A stretch of DNA of 64,000 bases from Eubacteriales bacterium (GTDB lineage Bacteria > Bacillota > Clostridia > Oscillospirales > CAG-272): contig JAZLIW010000149.1 in assembly GCA_045617585.1 (NCBI GenBank), positions 1,671 to 65,670 of the forward strand. The letters run 5' to 3'. A model generated the notes under the pieces. It did no database searches and was not told where the DNA came from. It was given only the letters and a program-made list of their open reading frames with translations. Both the position numbers and the translations under genes were made by a program. This document shows positions 1-10,335 of the stretch, in pieces; within the stretch, counting starts at the first letter, position 1, and each line of letters opens with the position of its first letter.

Positions 1-299
1 TCCTACTGCCGTTCGAAATGCCCGACAACGGCGGTACCGTCTCCTCAGATCCGATCGCTGACGGTGATCCCGCGGAGCTGCTGGATGCCGTTATCCCGCA
101 GTACGTCGGCGGAATGCTGTACGCCGCCGTGGCAGAATCCTTTGCTTCCGAGTGTGCTTCCCGCCGCACGGCAATGAACGCGGCATCCAAAAACGCGGAA
201 GAAATGATCGGCGATCTGACGCTGTCCTATAACCGGGCGCGTCAGGCGATCATCACCCAGGAGATCACCGAGATCGTCTCGGGTGCGGAAGCGCTGTAA
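1..299 (+). CDS. atpG: F0F1 ATP synthase subunit gamma, C-terminal fragment (5' end lies outside the window)
   Basis: The frame stays open to the window edge. The C-terminus ...[25 protein letters not shown] is the conserved gamma C-terminal helix. The gene sits directly upstream of atpD and atpC. Confidence 0.85.
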   Translation, partial: LLPFEMPDNGGTVSSDPIADGDPAELLDAVIPQYVGGMLYAAVAESFASECASRRTAMNAASKNAEEMIGDLTLSYNRARQAIITQEITEIVSGAEAL

Positions 300-330
300 C
301 CCACAGAACGCACGGCGGAAGCCGTGATGA

Positions 331-1749
<1,419 letters not shown>

Positions 1750-1750
1750 T

Positions 1751-2155
1751 ATGAAGACCTTCCGCTTACAGATCGTCACCCCCGACCGTCTCGTCTACGA
1801 CGGGCAGGCGGAGTCCATCCGCATCCGTACCACCGTAGGAGACGTGCAGATCCTTGCGGGTCACATGGATATGGTCGCGGCGCTCGGGATCGGAAAAGCG
1901 AAATTCCGGACCGAAAACGGGGAAGAAAAGAGCGCGAGCGCAGCCGGCGGCTTCCTCAGCGTCTCGGGCAACGAGGTCAAGGTCATCGCTACGACCTTCG
2001 AGCTTGCGGAAGAGATCGATCTGAGGCGAGCCGAAAGCGCAAAGGAGCGCGCGGAAGCGATCCTCCAATCCGCTAAAGACGCACGGCAGGAGGAGCTTGC
2101 CAAGGTCCGTCTTGCCAGAGCCCTTAACCGCATCAGCGTCGGAAAAGGCGATTGA
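1751..2155 (+). CDS. atpC: F0F1 ATP synthase subunit epsilon
   Basis: 134 aa. Starts 2 nt after the atpD stop. N-terminal beta-sandwich motif (LQIVTPDR...YDG) followed by a C-terminal helical hairpin. Confidence 0.9.
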   Translation: MKTFRLQIVTPDRLVYDGQAESIRIRTTVGDVQILAGHMDMVAALGIGKAKFRTENGEEKSASAAGGFLSVSGNEVKVIATTFELAEEIDLRRAESAKERAEAILQSAKDARQEELAKVRLARALNRISVGKGD

Positions 2156-2162
2156 ACGCATA

Positions 2163-2197
2163 CGGGACCATATCCTACGGGAACGGTCCCGTTTTTC
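2163..2197 (+). terminator. Rho-independent terminator after the atp operon
   Basis: CGGGACC / GGTCCCG stem followed by TTTTT. Confidence 0.55.
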
Positions 2198-2234
2198 TAT
2201 CCGTTTTCCGTCTGTACGTCCCCACCGATTATCA

Positions 2235-2263
2235 TTGACAAAACAGGACGAATCTGCTATACT
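2235..2263 (+). promoter_or_regulatory. Sigma-A-type promoter for cysE
   Basis: TTGACA (2235-2240), 17-nt spacer, TGc-TATACT (2258-2263). Confidence 0.55.
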
Positions 2264-2295
2264 GATAAACAAAGAAACGAAAGGAACCACCGATC

Positions 2296-3147
2296 ATGCT
2301 GAACGAAGAAGAACTGCTGAAGGAGCTCCGCGGCGTCGATCAGACCGCTGCCGTCCGCACCGCCTGCGGGACCGTTCCGGGCAGAAAAGATATCATAGAG
2401 ATCCTTCTGAACCTCAAGGAACTATTATTTCCGTGTTATTTCCGCCTTGAGAACGTTCTGCGCGATCCTGCGGCACTGCTCACTCTGACGCGGGAATCGC
2501 TGAAAAAACAGATCTACAATGCGTATTCCTTCGTCGGCAGACCGATCAGTGAGGAAAAGGCGTCGGAGATCACGGACACGTTTTTCTCCAGGCTGCCGTA
2601 CGTCAAGGAGATGCTCCTCAAGGATGTGGAGGCGCTTTATAACGGAGACCCGGCGGCGAACTGCAGGGAAGAGATCCTGATCAGTTATCCCGGCTTCCTC
2701 GCGATCATGATCTACCGCCTCGCACACGAGATCTATCTTCTGAAGATCCCGTTCATTTTCCGTATCATGACGGAATACGCTCATGAAAAAACCGGGATCG
2801 ATATCCACGCGGGCGCAACGATCGGCGAATATTTCTTTATCGACCACGGGACCGGCACCGTCATCGGTGAAACGACCGTGATCGGCGATCACGTCAAGCT
2901 GTATCAGGGCGTCACACTCGGCGCGAAGAGCTTCGAGACGGATCCCGACGGGAATCCCGTCAAAGGGATCAAGCGCCATCCTAACATCGGCAATCACGTC
3001 GTCATCTACGCAAACGCGACCATCCTCGGCGGCAATACCTATATCGGAGACGGCTGCGTGATCGGAGGCAACGTCTGGCTGACGAGATCCGTCGAAACCG
3101 GAAAGATCGTCACGTATCAAACGAACGGTGAAAGAAAGAACGAATGA
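2296..3147 (+). CDS. cysE: Serine O-acetyltransferase (long EpsC/CysE type)
   Basis: 283 aa. SATase N-terminal helical region plus left-handed beta-helix hexapeptide repeats (DIHAGATIGEYFFIDHGTGTVIGETTVIGDHVKLYQGVTLGA). Confidence 0.85.
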   Translation: MLNEEELLKELRGVDQTAAVRTACGTVPGRKDIIEILLNLKELLFPCYFRLENVLRDPAALLTLTRESLKKQIYNAYSFVGRPISEEKASEITDTFFSRLPYVKEMLLKDVEALYNGDPAANCREEILISYPGFLAIMIYRLAHEIYLLKIPFIFRIMTEYAHEKTGIDIHAGATIGEYFFIDHGTGTVIGETTVIGDHVKLYQGVTLGAKSFETDPDGNPVKGIKRHPNIGNHVVIYANATILGGNTYIGDGCVIGGNVWLTRSVETGKIVTYQTNGERKNE

Positions 3148-4061
3148 AATACCTTGAATCTTTTCGTTTTCCGTCCATTCAGGAAGAATACGGATTTCTG
3201 GAAGGGGCAAACGATTATCGGATTAAGTATCATCGGGGGTCGTTCTATCCCTTCAAGATCCTGTCAAATCTTGATATAACATCAGTTATATTAGGGAATA
3301 TCACGATATTTTACGGCGGGAACGGATGCGGCAAAACGACGGCGCTGAACGTGATCGCAGAAAAACTGCACCTGAAAAGAGAATCTCTGTTCAACTCCTC
3401 GAAGTTTTTTCCGGAATATCTGGAGATGTGTTCGTATGAGGTCCCGTCGGCACGTCAGACGGCAGACAGCAGATCCAGGCAGTATTACGGCATGGAGAAA
3501 GCGGAGCTGCCGCGCGGCAGCCGGATCATCACCTCGGACGACGTGTTTGAACACTGTATGTCACAGCGACGATTCAACAGCGACATCGACCGCCAGCGCG
3601 CGGACGCCGAGGAACGTTACAACGCGGTGATCGGAGAGACCGGGCTGAATCCGCTGCAGGATTACGAACGGTACAAGGAACGCGCCGAGGCGTTAAAAAG
3701 CAGATCCAAATATATCAGGAAGCGTGTCTGTGAGGAAGCCGAAGAACGGTCCAACGGCGAGAGCGCCATGGTATATTTCACGGAGCGCATGGAGGAGGAC
3801 GGACTGTATCTGCTCGACGAGCCGGAAAACAGTCTGTCGTTCGAGAACCAGACCGAGCTCGCGGGATACATAGAAGAATGCGTCTCGCGGTACGGATATC
3901 AGTTCATCATCGCCACGCATTCGCCGATCTTTCTTGCAATGAAGGATGCCGTCATCTATGACTTTGATACGCCCCCCGTAAAAACGAAGGAATGGACCGA
4001 GCTCGGCGGCGTCCGGGCACTGTACGGCTTTTTCCGGTCTCACCGGGAGGAATTCGAATAA
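3144..4061 (+). CDS. Soluble ABC/SMC-type AAA ATPase (COG3910 / AAA_21-like), function unknown
   Basis: Walker A GGNGCGKTT, signature-like SNGES, Walker B LYLLDEPENSLS, H-loop ATHSPIF. ATGA overlap with the cysE stop. Confidence 0.75.
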   Translation: MKYLESFRFPSIQEEYGFLEGANDYRIKYHRGSFYPFKILSNLDITSVILGNITIFYGGNGCGKTTALNVIAEKLHLKRESLFNSSKFFPEYLEMCSYEVPSARQTADSRSRQYYGMEKAELPRGSRIITSDDVFEHCMSQRRFNSDIDRQRADAEERYNAVIGETGLNPLQDYERYKERAEALKSRSKYIRKRVCEEAEERSNGESAMVYFTERMEEDGLYLLDEPENSLSFENQTELAGYIEECVSRYGYQFIIATHSPIFLAMKDAVIYDFDTPPVKTKEWTELGGVRALYGFFRSHREEFE

Positions 4062-4067
4062 ACGCCT

Positions 4068-4105
4068 GCGTGGAGCCTGACTGACGTCGGCTCCGCGCCT
4101 TTTTC
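4068..4105 (+). terminator. Rho-independent terminator
   Basis: GCGTGGAGCC / GGCTCCGCGC 10-bp stem followed by CTTTTTCC. Confidence 0.65.
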
Positions 4106-4244
4106 CTTCCCTATTTGTCGTTAAATTTGTATTTGACGACATTGTGTATATTTTTCAGTACACTTAGATATATCCTTCCGTTTCCGTCCAGATCACTTCC
4201 CCCGTTCTTCGTTCGAAGCGATTTTTCGAAATACGTTCTCACAG

Positions 4245-4279
4245 AAAAACCGCCGGGAGACTTTGTCGTCTCACGGCGG
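4245..4279 (-). terminator. Rho-independent terminator of the minus-strand membrane-protein pair
   Basis: On the minus strand, CCGCCGTGAGAC / GTCTCCCGGCGG stem followed by TTTTTC. Confidence 0.65.
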
Positions 4280-4357
4280 TAATGCTTCCTGCCTGATAAC
4301 ATTTGAACACAGCGTTCAGGTGATATTCCCGTCCGACCTTTTGAACGAGCCTTTAAC

Positions 4358-5371
4358 TTATTTACTGAAGCGGTCGCGCAGGAGTCTTGCTTTTTTCGGT
4401 TCTTCCGGTTCGTACGCGGGCTCCTCTTCCGGATAATACGGGTCGATCATGATCTCCTTCATTTTCGGATAAGCGGCGTAGATCCCGATAAAACCGATCA
4501 GCGAGAACATGATGACGAACGGCATGATGATCCCGATCGGCATAAACATGACGAGCAGCGAATAATTGATGACCAGCACTGCCGCGATCCCGAGGAATGC
4601 CGGGAGGTTTCGCTTCATACCGATCAGCGCAAAGATGAAAGCGTTCTTGAACAGCTTGAAGATGCTCAGGTCGAACGTCACCATCATGATATAGACGTAG
4701 AATCGCATACATACGTAAATATACAGACAGATCAGGATCAATCCGAAGAAAACGCCGTTCAGTACCGTGGACAGATTCAACGAATACAGGAACACATCGT
4801 AAACGAGCATGAGGAGCAGCGCCAGATCGATCACACCGTAGATCATTCCCTGCCTGAAGTTCTTTTTGATCGCGTGCCAGAAATCGCTCCACAGGAAGAC
4901 CGGTTCGCCCTTGACGACGTTGCGCATGATATACGCGGTACCCACATTCGTCAGCCCGAACGTCAGGAAGGTCAGCAGGCCGAGCGCGTAGAGGATCTTC
5001 GTGGGCGTGGTAATGATCGAAACCTGATCCGCCATCAGCGCGAGCCCTTTCAGCGCCATCGTCGCGGGATTGGCTCCTGCGACGTGTGCCGCCCCATCCA
5101 GAACACCGAACAATGCGTTCACCGGGATATCCATCTGAATGTTGTGATTCCCTGTCAGCCCGTACAGTGTGATCAGCACCGGAAAGTTCCCGATCACGAG
5201 CATCATATTCAGCGTGAACAGCAGACCGATATTGCGCCATGCAAACGGAAAGAAATACGTAAACGTTCTCGGATGCCTGTCCTCTTTTTTGACGCCCTTC
5301 CCGTCTCTGTCCGGGTTGAACAACTGATACAGATTGAAGGGCTTCTTCTTGTTTTTTTCACTTGATGCCAT
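4358..5371 (-). CDS. Polytopic membrane protein, YesL/DUF624-like
   Basis: 337 aa. Basic N-terminus followed by about 6 hydrophobic helices. The family assignment comes from my recollection of DUF624 N-terminal architecture only. Confidence 0.5.
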   Translation of the reverse strand: MASSEKNKKKPFNLYQLFNPDRDGKGVKKEDRHPRTFTYFFPFAWRNIGLLFTLNMMLVIGNFPVLITLYGLTGNHNIQMDIPVNALFGVLDGAAHVAGANPATMALKGLALMADQVSIITTPTKILYALGLLTFLTFGLTNVGTAYIMRNVVKGEPVFLWSDFWHAIKKNFRQGMIYGVIDLALLLMLVYDVFLYSLNLSTVLNGVFFGLILICLYIYVCMRFYVYIMMVTFDLSIFKLFKNAFIFALIGMKRNLPAFLGIAAVLVINYSLLVMFMPIGIIMPFVIMFSLIGFIGIYAAYPKMKEIMIDPYYPEEEPAYEPEEPKKARLLRDRFSK

Positions 5372-5383
5372 AGAAACGTCCTT

Positions 5384-5950
5384 TCACAATATATTACGAT
5401 CCGCTCCGATTCCAAGCGACACCATGAGGGCGGATGTGAGCAAAATCACGCCGCACAAAAGGAAATAGCCGGACAGATAGGTCCTTGCTTCTCCGGTCCT
5501 TATCAGACGCCTGGCATCGGATGGAACATTGCGCACACCGGAGCGGAACACCGCAGCGGCGGTCGCCGTCAGTACCGCGGAAGCAAACATAAGCCCATAG
5601 GCGGCGATACCTCCCGGGCATGTGCCTTCCGAGGATACCGTGCTGCCCGTCACGAGACCGAGGAGCAGCAGCGTCAGACCCGAAGCCGTTCCCTGAAAAA
5701 GCGTAAATCCCGACAGAAAGCAAATAAACGAGCCGAGCGCTATTCCGAGAAACACCGAAAGGATCCGATAAGTCCCGGTAAATACCCGCAGACCGTCGGC
5801 AGCTCCGTCTGCTCCGGGAGGAAGGACGTTCCCGCCGAACGGGAAAACGAACCTCACAATCCCCGCACGCGTCAGAAAATAACCCGCCGTCAGACCGGTG
5901 ACGGCTGTCAGGAAGAACAGGATGCCTGCTTTTCCGATCCCGTTTTTCAT
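5384..5950 (-). CDS. Hypothetical integral membrane protein
   Basis: 188 aa, Gly/Ala/Leu-rich with about 5 TM segments. Strong RBS GGAGGTGATCCG-ATG. 12-nt gap to the downstream DUF624-like gene. Confidence 0.5.
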   Translation of the reverse strand: MKNGIGKAGILFFLTAVTGLTAGYFLTRAGIVRFVFPFGGNVLPPGADGAADGLRVFTGTYRILSVFLGIALGSFICFLSGFTLFQGTASGLTLLLLGLVTGSTVSSEGTCPGGIAAYGLMFASAVLTATAAAVFRSGVRNVPSDARRLIRTGEARTYLSGYFLLCGVILLTSALMVSLGIGADRNIL

Positions 5951-6088
5951 CGGATCACCTCCGACACAGATTATGCGGACGGAGGCCTGATCATTCCCTT
6001 TCTTATCATTTTATCATAAACCGTTTGGAAAATCAACCGTAATATGAAAATTAACATTTTTTCGTCCGTTCTTTTCCCCCGTTTCCCC

Positions 6089-6117
6089 TTGCAATTCAGA
6101 CGTATCGGATATATAAT
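6089..6117 (+). promoter_or_regulatory. Sigma-A-type promoter for the GNAT gene
   Basis: TTGCAA (6089-6094), 17-nt spacer, TATAAT (6112-6117). Confidence 0.5.
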
Positions 6118-6144
6118 AAATGTAACAGAACAGTGAGGTCCGAT

Positions 6145-6774
6145 ATGAATAAAAAACAGATCGCAGCCGTGTTTTCTCATATCCCCACGATCGAGACCGA
6201 CCGGCTGATTTTAAGGCGCATCGTTCCCTCGGATTATGAAGATATGTACGAGTATTCCAAAGACCCGCAGGTCACGGAATACCTCCTTTGGTACCCGCAC
6301 AAGGATGCCGCGTATACGAGGCATTATCTGAATCTGCTCCAATCCCAATACCGCGACGGATCCTTTTCCGACTGGGGCGTGGAATTCCGCGATCATGGCA
6401 AAATGATCGGCACCTGCGGTTTTACTTCGTTTGATCTGACGAACAACAGCGGTGAGATCGGTTACGTCCTGAATCCCTCCTATTGGGGGCTCGGCATCGC
6501 AAAGGAAGCGGTCCTTGCAGTCATGGAATTCGGCTTCCGCGACCTGAAGCTCCATCGGATCGAAGCGAAGTTCATTCAGGGCAACGTCCGCAGTCTCCGG
6601 GTGATGCAGAAGTGCGGAATGACCTTCGAGGGGTATTTAAGGGATTCGATGCTGATCAAGGAACGGTACCGTACCATCGGATACTGCTCCATCCTCTCCG
6701 ACGAGTTCTTTTCCCTATATGACGCCGTAAAGACGCCTTTCGGAAAAAAGAAGCTGTTTTTCGGTCTTTTCTGA
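6145..6774 (+). CDS. GNAT family N-acetyltransferase (RimJ/RimL-like)
   Basis: ATG at 6145 preceded by a GAGGT RBS. The ETDRLILRR N-terminus and the Q/RxxGxG-type WGLGIAKEA motif are typical of the RimJ/L subfamily. Confidence 0.85.
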   Translation: MNKKQIAAVFSHIPTIETDRLILRRIVPSDYEDMYEYSKDPQVTEYLLWYPHKDAAYTRHYLNLLQSQYRDGSFSDWGVEFRDHGKMIGTCGFTSFDLTNNSGEIGYVLNPSYWGLGIAKEAVLAVMEFGFRDLKLHRIEAKFIQGNVRSLRVMQKCGMTFEGYLRDSMLIKERYRTIGYCSILSDEFFSLYDAVKTPFGKKKLFFGLF

Positions 6775-6784
6775 TCCCTATCTC

Positions 6785-6813
6785 TTGACAAATTGCACAT
6801 AAGGTGCTATAAT
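6785..6813 (+). promoter_or_regulatory. Sigma-A-type promoter driving the lysine riboswitch and ABC operon
   Basis: TTGACA (6785-6790), 17-nt spacer, TGc-TATAAT (6808-6813). Confidence 0.65.
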
Positions 6814-6830
6814 TCTTACATTCAAAGCTT

Positions 6831-6990
6831 GGATAGAGGCGCGGAACTCATCAGTAACGTACCGTCTGCAGGGATCGACGGTATGCGAAAGGGTGTTTCG
6901 CCGAAACGTATCCCGTTCCCCTGAAAACGGGCCGCGTTGGTCCGACCGGAAATACCCGTCGGACTGTCACGATTGTGGAGCGCTATCAAA
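6831..6990 (+). promoter_or_regulatory. Lysine riboswitch (L-box) aptamer
   Basis: Conserved L-box blocks appear in the correct order: GATAGAGGCGCGGAACT...AGTA, GCGAAAGGG, TCGCCGAA, GGACTGTCA, and the closing TGGAGCGCTATC. Compare the B. subtilis lysC leader. Confidence 0.85.
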
Positions 6991-7025
6991 GTCCAGGATA
7001 AGGCGTTTTTTGCCGTCCGAACCTT

Positions 7026-7054
7026 AACCGCTCCCACAGCGGTTTTTTGTTTTT
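7026..7054 (+). terminator. Riboswitch expression-platform terminator
   Basis: AACCGCT / AGCGGTT stem followed by TTTTTGTTTTT. CGCTCC in its left arm can alternatively pair with GGAGCG of the P1 3' strand, forming an antiterminator. Confidence 0.7.
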
Positions 7055-7101
7055 CTCCTCTTTCCGGCAAATATTATCTTTCTTATGAAAGGAACCACAC
7101 C

Positions 7102-7950
7102 ATGAAAAGAACCATTTCCCTTCTCCTCGCTGCTCTGACCCTTCTCTCCGTCTGCATCTTTGCCCCCTCCTGCACCAAAGTCTCTACCGGCATCGAGGAT
7201 GGCGTCCTGACCGTCGCGATGGAATGCGCGTACGCGCCTTACAACTGGTCTCAGCCCGACGACTCCAACGGCGCCGTCAAGATCAAGGATTCCAATGAAT
7301 ACGCAAACGGCTACGACGTCATGATCGCCAAGAAGATCTGCGAAGCCAACGGCTGGGAGCTTGAGATCGTCCGTCTCGACTGGGATTCCCTCGTTCCCGC
7401 CGTCCAGACCGGGCTCGTCGACTGCGTCATCGCAGGTCAGTCCATGACCGAAGACCGTATGAAGCAGGTCGATTTCGCAGGTCCCTATCTGTACGCCACG
7501 ATCGTCTGCCTGACCAAGAAGGACTCCGCTTTTGCGGGTGCCAAAGGGATCAGCGATCTTGCCGGCGGCAGCTGCACTTCTCAGATGGGAACCATCTGGT
7601 ACGATACCTGCCTGCCCCAGATCACCGGCGCCAACATCAAGACCGCCAAAGACAGCGCTCCCGCCATGCTGATGGCGCTTGAGTCCGGCGACGTCGAATT
7701 CGTGTGCACCGAGTACCCCACCGCGCAGGAAACGGTGATCGGTTACAGCGATTTCGTTCTGCTCGATTTCAACGGTTCCGAGAACAACTTCGAGGTCGAT
7801 CAGGGCGATATCAACATCGGTATTTCCATGAAGAAGGGCAACACCGAGCTGAAGGATAAGATCGACGCCGTCCTTTCCGAAATGGACGAGGCTAAGTTCA
7901 ATGTGATCATGGAGTCCGCGATCCGCATCCAGCCGATGAGCCAGGACTGA
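7102..7950 (+). CDS. Amino-acid ABC transporter substrate-binding lipoprotein (predicted lysine/basic amino acid)
   Basis: Signal peptide plus lipobox (LLSVCIFAPSC). Type 3 periplasmic-binding fold (polar amino-acid family). Sits downstream of the L-box. Confidence 0.88.
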   Translation: MKRTISLLLAALTLLSVCIFAPSCTKVSTGIEDGVLTVAMECAYAPYNWSQPDDSNGAVKIKDSNEYANGYDVMIAKKICEANGWELEIVRLDWDSLVPAVQTGLVDCVIAGQSMTEDRMKQVDFAGPYLYATIVCLTKKDSAFAGAKGISDLAGGSCTSQMGTIWYDTCLPQITGANIKTAKDSAPAMLMALESGDVEFVCTEYPTAQETVIGYSDFVLLDFNGSENNFEVDQGDINIGISMKKGNTELKDKIDAVLSEMDEAKFNVIMESAIRIQPMSQD

Positions 7951-7979
7951 ACCGGTGACACCGGAACACAGAAAACAGA

Positions 7980-8786
7980 ATGAACGTATTTGTTACCCTT
8001 GGCAAGGAAATTGCCGACATCCTCGTCAAATATTATCCCACTTATCTGAACGGCGCTCTGCAGACGCTGCTGCTCGCCCTCGCAGGGACCGCGGCAGGCT
8101 GCCTGATCGGCTTTATCTGCGGTATCCTGCAGACGATCCCCTGCTCCAAGCGTGATCCGCTGATCAAGCGGATCCTGCTCGGGATCATCCGCTTCCTCAT
8201 CCGTCTTTACGTGGAGGTTTTCCGCGGAACGCCGATGATCCTGCAGGCCGTCTTCATTTATTACGGTATCCCCTTTTTCTCCGGTGCGACAGTGCATCTT
8301 GACGTCGTAGCCGCCTCCTATCTCGTTGTTTCCATCAACACAGGCGCGTACATGGCGGAAACCGTGCGCGGCGGGATCCTTTCGATCGATCCCGGTCAGA
8401 CGGAGGGCGCAAAAGCGATCGGTATGAATCACTTCCAGACCATGCTTTACGTCATCATTCCGCAGATGCTGCGCAACATCCTGCCGCAGATCGCAAACAA
8501 CCTGATCATCAACATCAAGGATACGTCCGTCATGTTCATCATCGGCTTCACGGAGCTGTTTGCCGTCCATAAGAGCGTGACCGGCGCACACTTCGTGTAC
8601 TTCCCTTCCGCCGTGATCACGATGGGGATCTATCTGATCATGACCGTCGCAAGCTCCGTCCTTCTCCGCCTCTTTGAGAGCAAGCTGCAGGGACCCGAGA
8701 ACTTCGACATCTCCACGACGGATACACTCGCGCATACGAGCGGTATGTTCAACTACACCCCCGGAACGAAAAAGGAGGTGCGATGA
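7980..8786 (+). CDS. Amino-acid ABC transporter permease (HisM/GlnP family)
   Basis: 268 aa. EAA-like loop (TGAYMAETVRGGILSIDPGQTEGAKAIG). Confidence 0.9.
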   Translation: MNVFVTLGKEIADILVKYYPTYLNGALQTLLLALAGTAAGCLIGFICGILQTIPCSKRDPLIKRILLGIIRFLIRLYVEVFRGTPMILQAVFIYYGIPFFSGATVHLDVVAASYLVVSINTGAYMAETVRGGILSIDPGQTEGAKAIGMNHFQTMLYVIIPQMLRNILPQIANNLIINIKDTSVMFIIGFTELFAVHKSVTGAHFVYFPSAVITMGIYLIMTVASSVLLRLFESKLQGPENFDISTTDTLAHTSGMFNYTPGTKKEVR

Positions 8787-9524
8787 ATGCCGATCCTTGA
8801 AATCAAACACCTCTCCAAAACCTTCGGTACTCACGAAGTACTGGCGGACATCGATTTCTCGGTCGAAAAAGGAGACGTGACCACGATCATCGGTGCGTCC
8901 GGCTCCGGTAAATCCACGCTGCTGCGATGGATCAACCTCCTTGAAACACCCACTTCCGGCGAGATCCTGTATCACGGGAACAACATCGTCGGTATCAAAG
9001 GCGGTGAATCCGCTTACCGTGCCAAGGTAGGAATGGTCTTCCAGTCCTTCAATCTGTTCAACAATATGTCGGTCCTCAATAACTGCATGATCGGACAGAT
9101 CAAGGTCGCGGGCAAGAAAAAGGAAGACGCAAAAAAAGACGCGCTCTACTATCTGGAAAAGGTCGGTATGGCGCCCTATCTCAAGGCAAGACCCACGCAG
9201 CTTTCCGGCGGACAGAAGCAGCGCGTTGCCATAGCGAGAGCGCTCGCAATGCAGCCCGAAGTCCTTCTTTTTGACGAGCCTACGTCGGCATTGGACCCCG
9301 AAACGGTCGGTGAAGTCCTGAACGTCATGAAGACCCTTGCCGCGGACGGAATGACCATGCTCGTCGTCACACATGAAATGGCATTCGCACGGGACGTTTC
9401 CACCCGCGTCGTCTTTATGAACAAAGGCGTCATCTGTGAAGACGGAACGCCGGACGAACTGTTCGGCAGCCCAAAGAAACCGGAAACGATCGAATTCCTC
9501 TCAAGATTCCGCGAAAACAATTAA
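8787..9524 (+). CDS. Amino-acid ABC transporter ATP-binding protein (GlnQ-like)
   Basis: Walker [10 protein letters not shown], signature [14 protein letters not shown], Walker [12 protein letters not shown]. The start abuts the permease stop. Confidence 0.95.
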   Translation: MPILEIKHLSKTFGTHEVLADIDFSVEKGDVTTIIGASGSGKSTLLRWINLLETPTSGEILYHGNNIVGIKGGESAYRAKVGMVFQSFNLFNNMSVLNNCMIGQIKVAGKKKEDAKKDALYYLEKVGMAPYLKARPTQLSGGQKQRVAIARALAMQPEVLLFDEPTSALDPETVGEVLNVMKTLAADGMTMLVVTHEMAFARDVSTRVVFMNKGVICEDGTPDELFGSPKKPETIEFLSRFRENN

Positions 9525-9530
9525 AAAGAA

Positions 9531-9569
9531 CGGTATCCGTGCCGGAAAGACTCGGATACCGCTTTTTTT
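9531..9569. terminator. Bidirectional terminator between the convergent ABC operon and trmB
   Basis: CGGTATCCG / CGGATACCG 9-bp stem flanked by AAAAA and TTTTTTT. Confidence 0.75.
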
Positions 9570-9601
9570 ACGTATTATTTGTGAATAATTTCGTATCGGA
9601 T

Positions 9602-10228
9602 TCACTTAGCTGCCTTTTTGATCTTTGCCACGCAGCGGTTGATCGTGAAGCCCTTTGCCGAGAAATTCTTTTCGTATTCCGTTTCGACGTTGAATTCGTT
9701 ATCGGGGTCGCTATGGAGATCGTAGGTCACGTGCGACAGCTCAAAGCCGGCTTCCTCAAACTCGCCGAGCGAAAAATCGAACAGACCGCGGTTGTCGGTC
9801 TTGAACCAGACTTCCCCGTCGTCGGTCAGGATCGAACGGTACAGCGCAAGGAAATTCCTGTGCGTCAGGCGGCGCTTGGCGTGACCCGATTTCGGCCACG
9901 GATCGGAAAAATTCAGAAAAATGCGGGAGACTTCTCCTTTTGAAAAATAGGTCGGAAGATTCTTCGCGTCGCAGCAGAGAAACCGTACGTTCGGTACCTC
10001 CTCCGCCTTGATGCGCTCCGCGGCGATCAGGATCACGTCGCTGATCTTTTCCATGGCGATGAAGCGGGCGTCCGGATAAAGCCGTGACATCCCGGAAACG
10101 AAGGCTCCTTTCCCGCATCCGATCTCAAGCCAGACCGGTTTCTCGGTGATTTCCTCGGGAGAATGGACGAAATATTCATCACAGGCAAGAATTCTTTCCG
10201 CTCCGTGCTTTTTTTTTCTCATTCGCAT
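9602..10228 (-). CDS. trmB: tRNA (guanine46-N7)-methyltransferase
   Basis: Start trimmed to MRMRKKKHG. SAM motif LEIGCGKG plus FPDPWPK-type FSDPWPK motif. Confidence 0.9.
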   Translation of the reverse strand: MRMRKKKHGAERILACDEYFVHSPEEITEKPVWLEIGCGKGAFVSGMSRLYPDARFIAMEKISDVILIAAERIKAEEVPNVRFLCCDAKNLPTYFSKGEVSRIFLNFSDPWPKSGHAKRRLTHRNFLALYRSILTDDGEVWFKTDNRGLFDFSLGEFEEAGFELSHVTYDLHSDPDNEFNVETEYEKNFSAKGFTINRCVAKIKKAAK

Positions 10229-10229
10229 A

Positions 10230-10258
10230 TTGAAATTTTCTCCTATCTTTGGTATAAT
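10230..10258 (+). promoter_or_regulatory. Sigma-A-type promoter for the DUF1700/DUF4097 pair
   Basis: TTGAAA (10230-10235), 17-nt spacer, TGg-TATAAT (10253-10258). Confidence 0.5.
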
Positions 10259-10335
10259 ATATATTATAGCAGATTCTACGTTTTTTTCAAGCGTCTTACA
10301 GTCATTTGTCAAAATAAAAGGGGGATTTTCGATCC

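Noticed and set aside
4111-4302. 63-aa minus-strand ORF in an AT-rich gap.
   Set aside because: It is read straight through the stem-loop of the terminator at 4245-4279. It has no RBS and a basic, low-complexity composition.
7800-9374. 524-aa minus-strand ORF.
   Set aside because: It is the antisense shadow of the amino-acid ABC permease and ATPase genes.
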